A stretch of 64,000 nt of DNA from Eledone cirrhosa (taxonomy: Eukaryota). The position numbers and the translations under genes are program-made. The DNA lies in NCBI GenBank assembly GCA_964016885.1, contig OZ024742.1:1674001-1738000 (forward strand). Direction: 5' to 3'. Under the pieces are notes generated by a model. The model was not told the origin of the DNA and ran no database searches. It saw nothing but the letters and a program-made list of their open reading frames with translations. Below, piece after piece: positions 36,915 to 50,435 of this stretch (its first letter is position 1; the number at the start of each line of letters is the position of its first letter).

Positions 36915-37738
36915 TAAACAAATAATGAATAAAACAATGAAACAGTTCCTTATATTAAACAAAAAAAGTTCATTATTTAACGATCGTTTCTAGGATATAT
37001 ATGTGTTAGAATTGGCATGCATATTCAACAGATCTATGTACAAAATTATACAAACTATCAAGATTAAATATACATACCAAACACACATATACGCCGTCTT
37101 CAGAAATAATGAAATATATTTATTGATAATAACAACAATTCAAAATTTCAGGTCCGTTTGGGAACAGAGTTCAAAATTGACCAATGAAAATACAAAAGGT
37201 TTTATGCAGTTTGGTGTGTGTATATACATGTAACTACCCCGTACACATATTTATACAAAGATGTATGCTCAACATGCATACGCATGCCAAAAAGATGCAT
37301 GCAAATACAAAATTTCAAGGCTAATGTCTCTGTAAGTTTATAATGCACAGATAAGATGCGTATAGACACATAAATATGAAATAAGTGTATACACATATTC
37401 TCATACTCACACATATCCGTACACTCACACACACGCGCGCGTATATGCATAAACATACACATAATTACGAACATACATACACACACACACCCCCACACAC
37501 ATATATATATGTGGATATAATATTATCATAAGCACATGGATATTAATTCACTCACATAAACACTGCCACACACATTTAGATCAAGATACAGAAATTAGGT
37601 GGGAGGGGGGGAGAGGTCAGTATTCAACGGTTTGGGCAGACTGCTTATTTATAGATGTATCTATAAACTAAGAAATAAAAAATAAAAAATAAAAAGGAAA
37701 GAAAAGAAAAAGAAAAAAGAAAAAAGAAATATATCAAG

Positions 37739-37806
<68 letters not shown>

Positions 37807-37878
37807 CACACATCTACACATAGAACACACATACACACACATATATAAACATATACATATACACACATACACACATAT

Positions 37879-37923
<45 letters not shown>

Positions 37924-38438
37924 TACACATATAATCACACATACATATATAGACACACATATATATACACATACACGCACATATACATACACATACATAC
38001 TTATATACATACAGATATACACATACATACCTATATATACACACAAATACATACAGACATACTTACATCCATACACACAAATACTTACGCATCCATATAT
38101 CGGTATATACATACAAACACCACTACACTCTCACACAACTCAGACATACAAAGAAAAAGGTATATACCTATACACATATACACATACAAATAGAGATACA
38201 TATACATATATATATATATACACATATATATATATATATACATACACATATACACATATATATATACATACACATACATACATGTACACACACATACATA
38301 TACATACATACACACATACACACATACATATATAGTCATACACACACATACACCTACACGAACATACACATACACATATATAAAGATATATATACACACA
38401 CACACATACACACACACACATATATATAAAAAATAAAG

Positions 38439-38471
<33 letters not shown>

Positions 38472-39242
38472 TATATACATACACATATACATACACATAT
38501 ATGTACATACATACACATACATACATACATATACACACATATATATATATATACACACATAGACACATACATACATACACACACAACATACATACACACA
38601 CATATATACTCATACATAGACATAGATATATATTCATACATACATACGCACTTACATATACTCATATATACAAATACATACGCATCCATATATGCGTATA
38701 TACATACAAACACCACTACACTCTCACACAACTCAGACATACAAAGAAAAAGGTATATACATATACATATATACACACATTAATAGAGATACATATACAC
38801 ATATATATATATATATACACATACATTTATATATATACACCCACACACACATACAACCATAAACACACATACAAACACACACATACACACATATATACAT
38901 ACATATATATACACACACACAAAAAAACACACATACACATATATATTTTTACACATATATATACATATATATACACATACACACCCTCACATATATACAC
39001 ATACACATAAGTTATATTATAATAATAAATAATATATATATATATATATATATACACATACGAATATAGACATATATACACACATAGATATACATATATA
39101 TATACATACACACACACACACACACTCACATATATATGTGCGCACACGTACATATATACACATACACACATATACACATAAACATATACATGTGCATACA
39201 TGTACATACACACATATACCCACATAGATACGAAGATAGACA
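36906..39242 (-). repeat. Left arm of a ~2.35 kb inverted repeat (inverted copy of the PLE-3 3' UTR)
   Basis: Reverse complement of 41196-43572, including matching mirrored ORF-track entries. Confidence 0.92.
36969..37113 (-). ncRNA. Hammerhead-like ribozyme with a long stem II (inverted copy)
   Basis: Reverse complement of 43355-43509, lacking one 10-nt repeat. Confidence 0.65.
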
Positions 39243-39774
39243 AAATATAAGTGCCTATAATGCATATAAATGTAAGAAAACCATAAGTATACCACCAGTA
39301 CATCAAATTAACCATAATATCTCCTCAAATACAGAATTAACGAAAGGTTGTAACTGTAGAAACAAAGCAAACTGCCCATTAAAAGGGAATTGTCTTGTTA
39401 ACAACATAGTCTATAAATGTAATGTTAAAACTAAAGATTCTATTTGCTCATATATAGGAGCTACTTCTAACAATTTTAAGACAAGGTTTAATACCCACAA
39501 GCATAGTTTTAAAAATGCCGCACTGGCTAATACAACATCTCTAGCAGAAAAAATCAATAGTTATAAAAATAAGAATATAGAATATGATTTGACCTGGAGT
39601 GTGCTCAAAAGAGCCACCCCTTATCAAAATAATAGAAATGAATGTAGATTATGTTCCCAAGAACTATTTGAAATAATGAAATCTAAGGATATCCTATTAA
39701 ATAAACGACAGGAATTAATTATATCGTGTAATCATAAACTAAAAAAAACATTTAAATATTATAAACCTAATTAA
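39243..39774 (+). CDS. GIY-YIG endonuclease domain of a Penelope-like element (partial)
   Basis: CNCRNKANCPLKGNCLVNNIVYKC...SYIGATSNNFKTRFNTHKHSF...CRLCSQE...LLNKRQELIISCNH. Confidence 0.85.
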
Positions 39775-40252
39775 TAACATTATTTTAGAAATTAATTTAA
39801 TTTAAATGTTAGTTAACCTATAAATTTAATTTAATTAAAATTCTACTACAGATGAGAATATAAAATATTGTGTAATCATAAATTGTGAAAAACCTTTAAA
39901 TATTACTAATATATACTTAGTAATTTAATTTATAGATTAATTTTAATTTATTTAAACCTTTTATTAAAATTCCTTTACAGATAAAATATAACAAAATATC
40001 GTGTATCCAATGACAGAGAAATAATTTTTAGTATTATAGACCTAATTAATATACATTTTAGAAATATATTTATAATTTGGTTTTAAATTTAGTCAACCTA
40101 AAAATTTAATTTAATTGGCTTAAAATTAGTATCCTAATACAGACGGATTGCAGAGTGTCATGTAATCATAGAATGGGATGTGTTTTGGATGTATACCTAG
40201 TTAATATATTCTTTGCAATTTTAGAAAAAATATGTATATGTATGTGTATGTA

Positions 40253-40319
<67 letters not shown>

Positions 40320-41966
40320 ATGTATATGTATATGTATATGTATTAATTTTGATTTCTATTTGCATATAATTATATTCTGCTATTGATAAAATACAATATC
40401 TGTTTTATTTATTATATACCTAATTAACATATACTATAGAAATTAATATATAATTTTTAATTTAGTTAACCTATAATTTATATTCTACTACCGATGTAAT
40501 ACTTTATTTGTTTTTTCCCTATTACTAAATTCATTTCCTAATATTGATACCATAACGTTAATAACTTTAATTTAGTTATACTATAATTAATACTCTACTA
40601 CTATTTAACTTCAAAATTCTGCTTCAAATATTATAAACCTAACTAATTTACACCTTAGAAATCAATATGTTAACTATCTTTAGTTTAGTTAACATATAAT
40701 TAATGGTATACTTATTTTGAAATGCATAATTTTGCCTTATTTCTTGCATTTCCTAACACTGAAACTATGTAAAAACATATATTGGGATCCAGATACAGAT
40801 AATATTCTATGTTTCTTGAAACATATATTTACTATAATCCCCTTCTCCACCCCCCCCTTTCCCCCATACTATTATCATCTGTGTTTGTAAGCGTGTATGT
40901 ATGAATATATATGTAGGTAGGTGTATATATGTTTGGGTGTTTATATCTGAATATAAAAATACATATATGCGCATGCAAATAAGAATGTAAGATTGTGTGT
41001 ATATATATGTGTGTATATATATATATATGTGTATATATGCATGTGTATATATATGTGTATATGTATATATATATATATGTGTATATGTGTATATGTGTGT
41101 GGGCGTGTATGTGTGTGTGTATATATATATATATGTATGTGTGTATGTATGTGTATGTATATATGTGTATATATATGTATGTCTCTCTATATATATGTCT
41201 ATCTTCGTATCTATGTGGGTATATGTGTGTATGTACATGTATGCACATGTATATGTTTATGTGTATATGTGTGTATGTGTATATATGTACGTGTGCGCAC
41301 ATATATATGTGAGTGTGTGTGTGTGTGTGTATGTATATATATATGTATATCTATGTGTGTATATATGTCTATATTCGTATGTGTATATATATATATATAT
41401 ATATATTATTTATTATTATAATATAACTTATGTGTATGTGTATATATGTGAGGGTGTGTATGTGTATATATATGTATATATATGTGTAAAAATATATATG
41501 TGTATGTGTGTTTTTTTGTGTGTGTGTATATATATGTATGTATATATGTGTGTATGTGTGTGTTTGTATGTGTGTTTATGGTTGTATGTGTGTGTGGGTG
41601 TATATATATAAATGTATGTGTATATATATATATATATGTGTATATGTATCTCTATTAATGTGTGTATATATGTATATGTATATACCTTTTTCTTTGTATG
41701 TCTGAGTTGTGTGAGAGTGTAGTGGTGTTTGTATGTATATACGCATATATGGATGCGTATGTATTTGTATATATGAGTATATGTAAGTGCGTATGTATGT
41801 ATGAATATATATCTATGTCTATGTATGAGTATATATGTGTGTGTATGTATGTTGTGTGTGTATGTATGTATGTGTCTATGTGTGTATATATATATATATG
41901 TGTGTATATGTATGTATGTATGTGTATGTATGTACATATATGTGTATGTATATGTGTATGTATATA

Positions 41967-41999
<33 letters not shown>

Positions 42000-42514
42000 C
42001 TTTATTTTTTATATATATGTGTGTGTGTGTATGTGTGTGTGTGTATATATATCTTTATATATGTGTATGTGTATGTTCGTGTAGGTGTATGTGTGTGTAT
42101 GACTATATATGTATGTGTGTATGTGTGTATGTATGTATATGTATGTGTGTGTACATGTATGTATGTGTATGTATATATATATGTGTATATGTGTATGTAT
42201 ATATATATATATATGTGTATATATATATATATGTATATGTATCTCTATTTGTATGTGTATATGTGTATAGGTATATACCTTTTTCTTTGTATGTCTGAGT
42301 TGTGTGAGAGTGTAGTGGTGTTTGTATGTATATACCGATATATGGATGCGTAAGTATTTGTGTGTATGGATGTAAGTATGTCTGTATGTATTTGTGTGTA
42401 TATATAGGTATGTATGTGTATATCTGTATGTATATAAGTATGTATGTGTATGTATATGTGCGTGTATGTGTATATATATGTGTGTCTATATATGTATGTG
42501 TGATTATATGTGTA

Positions 42515-42557
<43 letters not shown>

Positions 42558-42629
42558 ATATGTGTGTATGTGTGTATATGTATATGTTTATATATGTGTG
42601 TGTATGTGTGTTCTATGTGTAGATGTGTG

Positions 42630-42673
<44 letters not shown>

Positions 42674-43354
42674 CTTGATATATTTCTTTTTTCTTTTTTC
42701 TTTTTCTTTTCTTTCCTTTTTATTTTTTATTTTTTATTTCTTAGTTTATAGATACATCTATAAATAAGCAGTCTGCCCAAACCGTTGAATACTGACCTCT
42801 CCCCCCCTCCCACCTAATTTCTGTATCTTGATCTAAATGTGTGTGGCAGTGTTTATGTGAGTGAATTAATATCCATGTGCTTATGATAATATTATATCCA
42901 CATATATATATGTGTGTGGGTGTGTGTGTGTGTATGTATGTTCGTAATTATGTGTATGTTTATGCATATACGCGCGCGTGTGTGTGTGTATGTATGTTCG
43001 TAATTATGTGTATGTTTATGCATATACGCGCGCGTGTGTGTGAGTGTACGGATATGTGTGAGTATGAGAATATGTGTATACACTTATTTCATATTTATGT
43101 GTCTATACGCATCTTATCTGTGCATTATAAACTTACAGAGACATTAGCCTTGAAATTTTGTATTTGCATGCATCTTTTTGGCATGCGTATGCATGTTGAG
43201 CATACATCTTTGTATAAATATGTGTACGGGGTAGTTACATGTATATACACACACCAAACTGCATAAAACCTTTTGTATTTTCATTGGTCAATTTTGAACT
43301 CTGTTCCCAAACGGACCTGAAATTTTGAATTGTTGTTATTATCAATAAATATAT

Positions 43355-43509
43355 TTCATTATTTCTGAAGACGGCGTATATATGTGTTTGGTATGTATAT
43401 TTAATCTTGATAGTTTGTATAATTTTGTATAATTTTGTACATAGATCTGTTGAATATGCATGCCAATTCTAACACATATATATCCTAGAAACGATCGTTA
43501 AATAATGAA
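43355..43509 (+). ncRNA. Type I hammerhead-like ribozyme with a ~115-nt stem II
   Basis: ttcattattt CTGAAGA [long hairpin] GAAAC gatc GTT aaataatgaa; 10-bp stem I; palindromic stem-loop III ACGATCGT. Confidence 0.68.
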
Positions 43510-43706
43510 CTTTTTTTGTTTAATATAAGGAACTGTTTCATTGTTTTATTCATTATTTGTTTAATATTTTATCTTGACTCTGTATACCGTTTATCTTTCA
43601 CCGAAAGTGATTTTTCATTACATCTCTTCTTTCCATGATATCCGGAATACATTGAGTTCTTCATACGGATTGGACACTACCGTAAACTCTTGGTAGATTT
43701 ATCTAC

Positions 43707-43775
43707 ATATATATTTATATATATATTCATATATATATATATATATATATATTCATATATATATATATATATATA

Positions 43776-43823
<48 letters not shown>

Positions 43824-43841
43824 TATATATATATATATATA

Positions 43842-43881
<40 letters not shown>

Positions 43882-44188
43882 TATATATATATATATATTC
43901 ATATATATATATATATATTCATATATATATATATATATTCATATATATATATATATATTCATATATATATATATATTCATATATATATATATATATTCAT
44001 ATATATATATATATATTCATATATATATATATATATTCATATATATATATATATTCATATATATATATATATATTCATATATATATATATATATTCATAT
44101 ATATATATATATATTCATATATATATATATATATTCATATATATATATATATATTCATATATATATATATTCATATATATATATATAT
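43707..44188. repeat. (TA)nTTCA quasi-periodic (~18-20 bp) microsatellite
   Basis: Direct inspection. Confidence 0.95.
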
Positions 44189-46680
44189 GAGGAATCCTGG
44201 AGAGTGGAAGAGAGAGAAAAATCTGGACGCTCAGCGACAATGCCAAAGATAAAGACAAATTCACCTCGTGGACGAGAATGCGAGCACTCCTCTTTGTTTC
44301 GACCGCGGACGGCTAACATAACACCATCTCCCCCCCCCTCCAAACGCAATCCAAAACTTCAGAGTTGGTACCATAAATGTAGGCACCTTAAAGAGTCGCG
44401 CTAACGAGGTTGTAGAAATGCTTGAACGTAAGGAGGTCGATGTTTGTTGTATTCAAGAGACCAGGTGGAGGGGTGGGTCTGCTAGATTCATTGAGGTTAA
44501 AAAACGATGCTATAAGCTTTTCTGGGTGGGAAATGACAATGGGTTGGGTGGGGTAGGAATCATGGTAGCAGAAAAGTGGGCAGATAAGATAATAGACGTA
44601 AATAGAGTGAACGACAGAATAATTAAAATAAGACTTGTCCTCAATAGAACTACGGTGACAGTAATATCTGCATACGCACCCCAATTCGGACTGCCCGGCA
44701 CTATAAAAGACAGATTCTATGAGACACTGATGCTCACTACCTCCCAAATAACCGACAGTGAATATATAATTATTGCAGGTGACCTAAATGGTCACGTTGG
44801 ACAACATTGTGACGGCTACGACGAAATCCATGGAGGCTATGGGTTTGGTACTAGAAATGAGGAAGGCTCCAGAATCCTGGAATTCTGTGACGCAAATAAC
44901 CTATTTATCTGTAACACTAACTTCAAAAAACGTGACAATCACCAGATCACCTATAGATCCGGGGAACCCACAAGCCAGGTAGATTATATCCTTACCAGAA
45001 GACGTGACAGAGTGTCTGTTGTAAACACTAAATCTCTCCCCCATGAAGAATGCACCACCCAACATAGACTGATAATTAGCGACCTCATAGTCAGGATGAG
45101 ACGTACTCGACAGCAGAAGAGGACTATCCTCAGGAGAAAAATATGGAAGCTAAAGGACCCCACAGCCAGAAATAAATTTAAAAGCATATTACTTGATGCT
45201 TTCGACAGTAAGGAAGAGCATTTAGAGTCGGACAATATAGAGGGACAGTGGGAATTTCTGAAAGCAAACCTGCTGATGGCGGCACACTAAGTCTGTGGCT
45301 GGAGCAGGCCTGTAGGCAGGAGGAGAGTAACATGGTGGTGGAACAGTAAGGTGGAGGGGTCAATTACGGCCAAAAAGCAGGCTTGGAAAGTATGGCGGGA
45401 TGGGGGAAGTAGAGAAGACTATCAAGTGGCCAGGAGGGAAGCTAGGAGACAAGTGTACTTCGCAAGAAGGGAAGCAGAGGAAAGAAAGTTCAAGCATGTT
45501 CTACAACGCGAGGACCAAAAACGTGAGGTGTTCAGGATTGCTAGGCAATGTGTCAAGGAAAACCGTGATATTGTCGGGGAGAAGTGTGTACTTAATGACG
45601 ACGGCGTACTTGCCATCACCGACGCTGATAAGAAGGTAGCTTGGACGTGTCACTAAGAAAGGCTACTAAATGAGGAGAATAAATGGGAGAAAGACAGTCT
45701 CCCCCACATCAACCCAATAGAGGGACCAGCAGTGTTAGTCGAGGGTAGTATAATAAGTAAGGCAATCAAGGATATGAAGACGGGCAAGGCGGCTGGGCCT
45801 TCGGAAATAGTTGCTGAGATGCTGAAGGCATCTGGCACGGTGGGACACGCCATGGTCACCCGGATAGTTAACCAAATCGTACAGAATGGGGTTGTTACGA
45901 AGGACTGGCATAGCAGCATCATCGTTAACTGTTATAAGGGTAAAGGAGATGCCCTAGATAGGAGTAACTATAGAGGCATTAAATTAATCGACCAGGTCAT
46001 GAAGGTCACGGAAAAAGTAATAGCGCAACTAATCAGAAAGAGAATTGATCTAGATGAAATTCAGTTCGGGTTTGTGTCAGGCAAAAGTACCACAGACGCT
46101 CTGAACATGGAAGCACGGCCTAGAATCAAAAGGCCTTAAAATTAACATGGCTAAGACTAAAGTTCTAGTTTGTAGGAAAGAAAATAAGGCAGCGGTACCT
46201 TCCGGGAAATGGCCATGCTCAGTGTGTAGGAAAGGCGTAGGTAGAAACTCCATTTTATGCCCCAAATGCAAAGTATGGGTGCATAAAAGATGTAGTGGGA
46301 TCACAGGTAAGCTAACTAAGAACATAGATTTTACATGTGGCCGGTGCTCTGGTGCAATAAGTAGCAGCAAGTGCCCACAGAATACTAGCTCTTACAACTG
46401 CGCAGAGGGCTCTATAGAAATAGTGGACAGCTTCCGTTACCTGGGTGACAAAATCAGCAGTGGGGAAGGGTGCTCTGAAAGTACAGTAGCTAGAGTCAGA
46501 ACTGGATGGAAAAAGTTCAGAGAGCTTATACCACTATTAGCCGCTAAAGGGTTCTCCCTAAAAATGAAAGGCAGGTTGTATGATGCCTGCATACGAACAG
46601 CAATGTTGCATGGCAGTGAGACCTGGGCATTGTGTGCAGAGGATATACGCAGACTAGAGAGGAACGAAGCTTGCATGCTC
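44189..46680 (+). mobile_element. RTE-A copy with APE domain, several stops, a ~390-bp internal RT deletion and 3' truncation
   Basis: ORFs 44418-45290, 45351-45656, 45732-46139, 46147-46686; STTDAL joined directly to TWKHGL at ~46102. Confidence 0.92.
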
Positions 46681-46694
46681 GTGTAAAAAATATG

Positions 46695-49440
46695 GAGAAA
46701 AATATGGAAGCTAAAGGACCCCACAGCCAGAAATAAATTTAAAAGCATATTACTTGATGCTTTCGACAGTAAGGAAGAGCAATTAGAGTCGTACAATATA
46801 GAGGAACAGTGGGAATTCCTGAAAGCAAACCTGCTGATGGCGGCAGACGAAGTCTGTGGCCGGAGCAGGCCTGTAGGCAGGAGGAGAGTAACATGGTGGT
46901 GGAACAGTAAGGTGGAGGAGTCAATTAAGGCCAAAAAGCAGGCTTGGAAAGTATGGGGGGAAGTAGAGAAGACTATCAAGTGGCCAGGAGGGAAGCTAGG
47001 AGACAAGTGTACTTCACAAGAAGGGAAGCAAAGGAAAGAAAGTTCAAGCATGTTCTACAACGCGAGGACCAAAAACATGAGGTGTTCAGGATTGCTAGGC
47101 AATGTGTCAAGGAAAACCGTGATATTGTCGGGGAGAAGTGTGTACTTAATGATGATGGTGTACTTGCCATCACCGACGCTGATAAGAAGGTAGCTTGGAC
47201 GTGTCACTACGAAAGGCTACTAAATGAGGAGAATAAATGGGAGAAAGACAGTCTCCCTCACATCAACCCAATAGAGGGATCAGCAGTGTTAGTCGAAGGT
47301 AGTATAATAAGTAAGGCAATCAAAGATATGAAGACGGGTAAGGCTGCTGGGCCTTCGGAAATAGTTGCTGAGATGCTGAAAGCCTCTGGAACGGTGGGAC
47401 ACACCATGGTCACCGGGATAGTAAACCAAGTCATACAGAATGGGGTTGTTCCGAAGGACTGGCGTAGCAGCATCATCATTAACTGCTACAAGGGTAAAGG
47501 AGACGCCCTAGATAGGAGTAACTATAGAGGCATTAAATTAATCGACCAGGTCATGAAGGTCACGGAAAAAGTAATAGTGCAACTAATCAGAGAGAGAATC
47601 GATCTAGATGAAATGCAGTTCGGGTTTGTGTCAGGCAAAAGTACCACAGACGCTCTTGTCATTTTCGACAACTACAGGAGAAGTACCTAGCTAAAGGTAA
47701 ACCCCTCTACTTAGCTTTTGTCGACTTGGAGAAAGCCTTCGACAGAGTCCCCCGTTCCATTATCTGGTGGGCTCTTAGAAAACTAGGTGTTGATGAATGG
47801 CTTGTGAGAGCTATACAAGCCATGTATAAAGAAACAGTCAGCAAGGTCAGAATTAACAACGAATATAGTGAAGAGTTTAGCGTAAAAGTTGGTGTTCATC
47901 AGGGCTCTGTTCTTAGCCCCCTACTATTTATTATTGCCCTTCAGGCTATAACAGTGGAGTTCAAGACCGGCTGCCCATGGGAACCTCTATACGCAGATGA
48001 TCTAACGCTCCTAGCTGAATCAATGGCCGAGCTAGAGAAGAAATTCCAAACATGGAAGCATGGCCTAGGATCAAAAGGCCTTAAAATTAACCTGGCTAAG
48101 ACTAAAGTTCTAGTTTGTAGGAAAGAAAATAAGGCGGCGGTCCCTTCTGGGAAATGGCCATGCTCAGTGTGTAGGAAAGGCGTAGGTAGAAACTCCATTT
48201 TATGTCCCAAATGCAAAGTATGGGTGCATAAAAGATGTAGTGGGATCACAGGTAAGCTAACTAAGAACATAGATTTTACATGTGGCCGGTGCTCTGGTGC
48301 AATAAGTAGCAGCAAGTGCCCACAAAATACTAGCTCTTTCAATTGCGCAGAGGGTTCTATATAAATAGTGGACAGCTTCCGTTACCTGGGTGACAAAATC
48401 AGCAGTGGGGGAGGGTGCTCTGAAAGTACAGTAGCTAGAGTCAGAACTGGATGGAAAAAGTTCAGAGAGCTTATACCACTATTAGCCGCTAAAGGGTTCT
48501 CCCTAAAAATGAAAGGCAGGTTATATGATGCCTGCATACGAACAGCAATACTGCATGGCAGTGAGACCTGGGCATTGTGTGCAGAGGATATACGCAGACT
48601 AGAGAGGAACGAAGCTTGCATGCTCCGCTGGATGTGCAATAGTAATATACGTGAACGGCAAAGCATAAACGAACTAAGAAAAAAATTAGAAATAAGAGGG
48701 ATCAGATGTTGTTTACTCGAGAGAAGGCTACGTTGGTATGGTCACGTGATGTGCATGAAAGACGACAGCTGTATAACAAAGTGCAGGGCAATAAAGATAG
48801 ACGGTAGCCACGGAGTAGGCAGACCCAGAAAAACCTGGTACGACATGATAAATTCCGACCTCACACGCTTACACCTCTCCAAGACAATGTCACTGGACTG
48901 AGACCTTTGGCGGTACTCAGTAATAGAGAAGACCCGCCTTACCTAAATACAAATTAAAACCTACTACAGTCAGTAGGCATCTTTATCAAAACACACCCCG
49001 TCCCACCACCCCCACCCCATCCACACCGCCCCTTTCAATGTAAAGTTATGTTGGTGCCACAACATCCAGGCCGAAACAAATGAGATCGTGTAGGTGTCAC
49101 GACAAAAACACACAGTCCACGCTGTAATGTGGCCGTGTAGGCAACACGGTAAAAACCTCCCAGCCCCACACTGTAAATGTGGTTGGTGTTAGGAAGGGCA
49201 TCCAGCTGTAGAAAACCCGCCAGACAATCCACGCTGTAATGTGGCTGTGTAGGCAACACGGTAAAAACCTCCCAGTCCCACACTGTAAATGTGGTTGGTG
49301 TTAGGAAGGGCATCCAGCTGTAGAAAACCCGCCCGACTGTCCTATGCGAGCAAGACAATCACTCTTGCCTTAAGTGGGAAAACCCCCGTCCAAACCCATG
49401 CAAGTGTGGAAAACGGACGTTAAACGTTGATGATGATGAT
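46695..49440 (+). mobile_element. 5'-truncated RTE-A copy with frameshifts/stops and a full 3' UTR
   Basis: ORFs 46944-47690, 47726-48364, 48368-48901; (GAT)n tail. Confidence 0.93.
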
Positions 49441-49452
49441 ATATATATTCAT

Positions 49453-49539
49453 ATATATTAGTAAAAGGAAAAGAAAATGCTGACAAATTTTTCACTGGGA
49501 AAAATTTGTCACCATTTTCTTTTCCTTTTACTAATATAT
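49453..49539. repeat. Hairpin with 41-bp arms and one mismatch
   Basis: atatattagtaaaaggaaaagaaaatgctgacaaatttttc-actgg-gaaaaatttgtcaccattttcttttccttttactaatatat. Confidence 0.85.
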
Positions 49540-49618
49540 CACAACTCGTGTGTTACACCTCTATTTTTTTAAATATTCAATTATATATATGAATATTTAA
49601 AAAAAATATATATATTCA

Positions 49619-49782
49619 TATCATCATCATCATCAACGTTTAACGTCCGTGTTCCACGCTTGCATGGGTTTGGACGGGGGTATTCCCACTTGAGGCAAGA
49701 GTGATTGTCTTGCTCGCATAGGACTGTCTGGCAGGTTTTCTACAGTTGGATGCCCTTCCTAACACCAACCACATTTACAGTG
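49619..49782 (-). mobile_element. Short RTE-A 3' end, tail-to-tail with 46695-49440
   Basis: (cat)n aacgtttaacgtccgtgttcc...gatgcccttcctaacaccaaccac. Confidence 0.88.
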
Positions 49783-49820
49783 AATATATATATATATATA
49801 TATATATATTCATATATAAA

Positions 49821-49862
<42 letters not shown>

Positions 49863-50435
49863 ATATTAACAAATGGAAACTATATTTATAAAACCATATT
49901 TATTTCATTATACATATTTCAAGGACACCAAGTTAAATTATGGTGCGCTTTCATCAGATAAAATATAATATAGATCAGTTTTATAAATAAATATTGACAT
50001 ACCCTTAAAGAATGACCATTTCTGTTGGAAGCTCCCGGATAGTGGGGTTATTAAATTTATTTAGTCTATTATGCAAATTAGTGTCGGATATGTTAAAATC
50101 ACAGTAAATTTAAAATAAGCCGTTGAAGTATGGAAAAAAAAAGGGAAAGAAAAGAAAAAGAGAAAAAAAAGAATATATATATATATATTCATATATACAC
50201 AGTTCAAGAGTAACCAATGAGAGATGGAGATAGGAGAGGAGAAGAGAGATTGGCGAATTGGTTAGAAGCCAAAAGCGTAAAGGCATGTACTCAATGTGCA
50301 ATATGCAGTGGAAGGCAGCTAGGTGGCTGGGTTCATGCAGAGATTAGGTGCACAGAGCTGCAAAACAAGACCACAGATTTCACAAGGAAGACATTATTAA
50401 AAGATTGTCAACATATATATGTGTGTGTATATATA

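Larger units (their letters stand above)
39243..43706 (+). mobile_element. Heavily 5'-truncated Penelope-like element (PLE-3): GIY-YIG C-terminus + ~3.9 kb 3' UTR ending in a hammerhead and short tail
   Basis: GIY-YIG ORF end at 39774; AT-rich and (TG/TA)-rich UTR; hammerhead at 43355-43509; ends in (TA)n. Confidence 0.75.
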
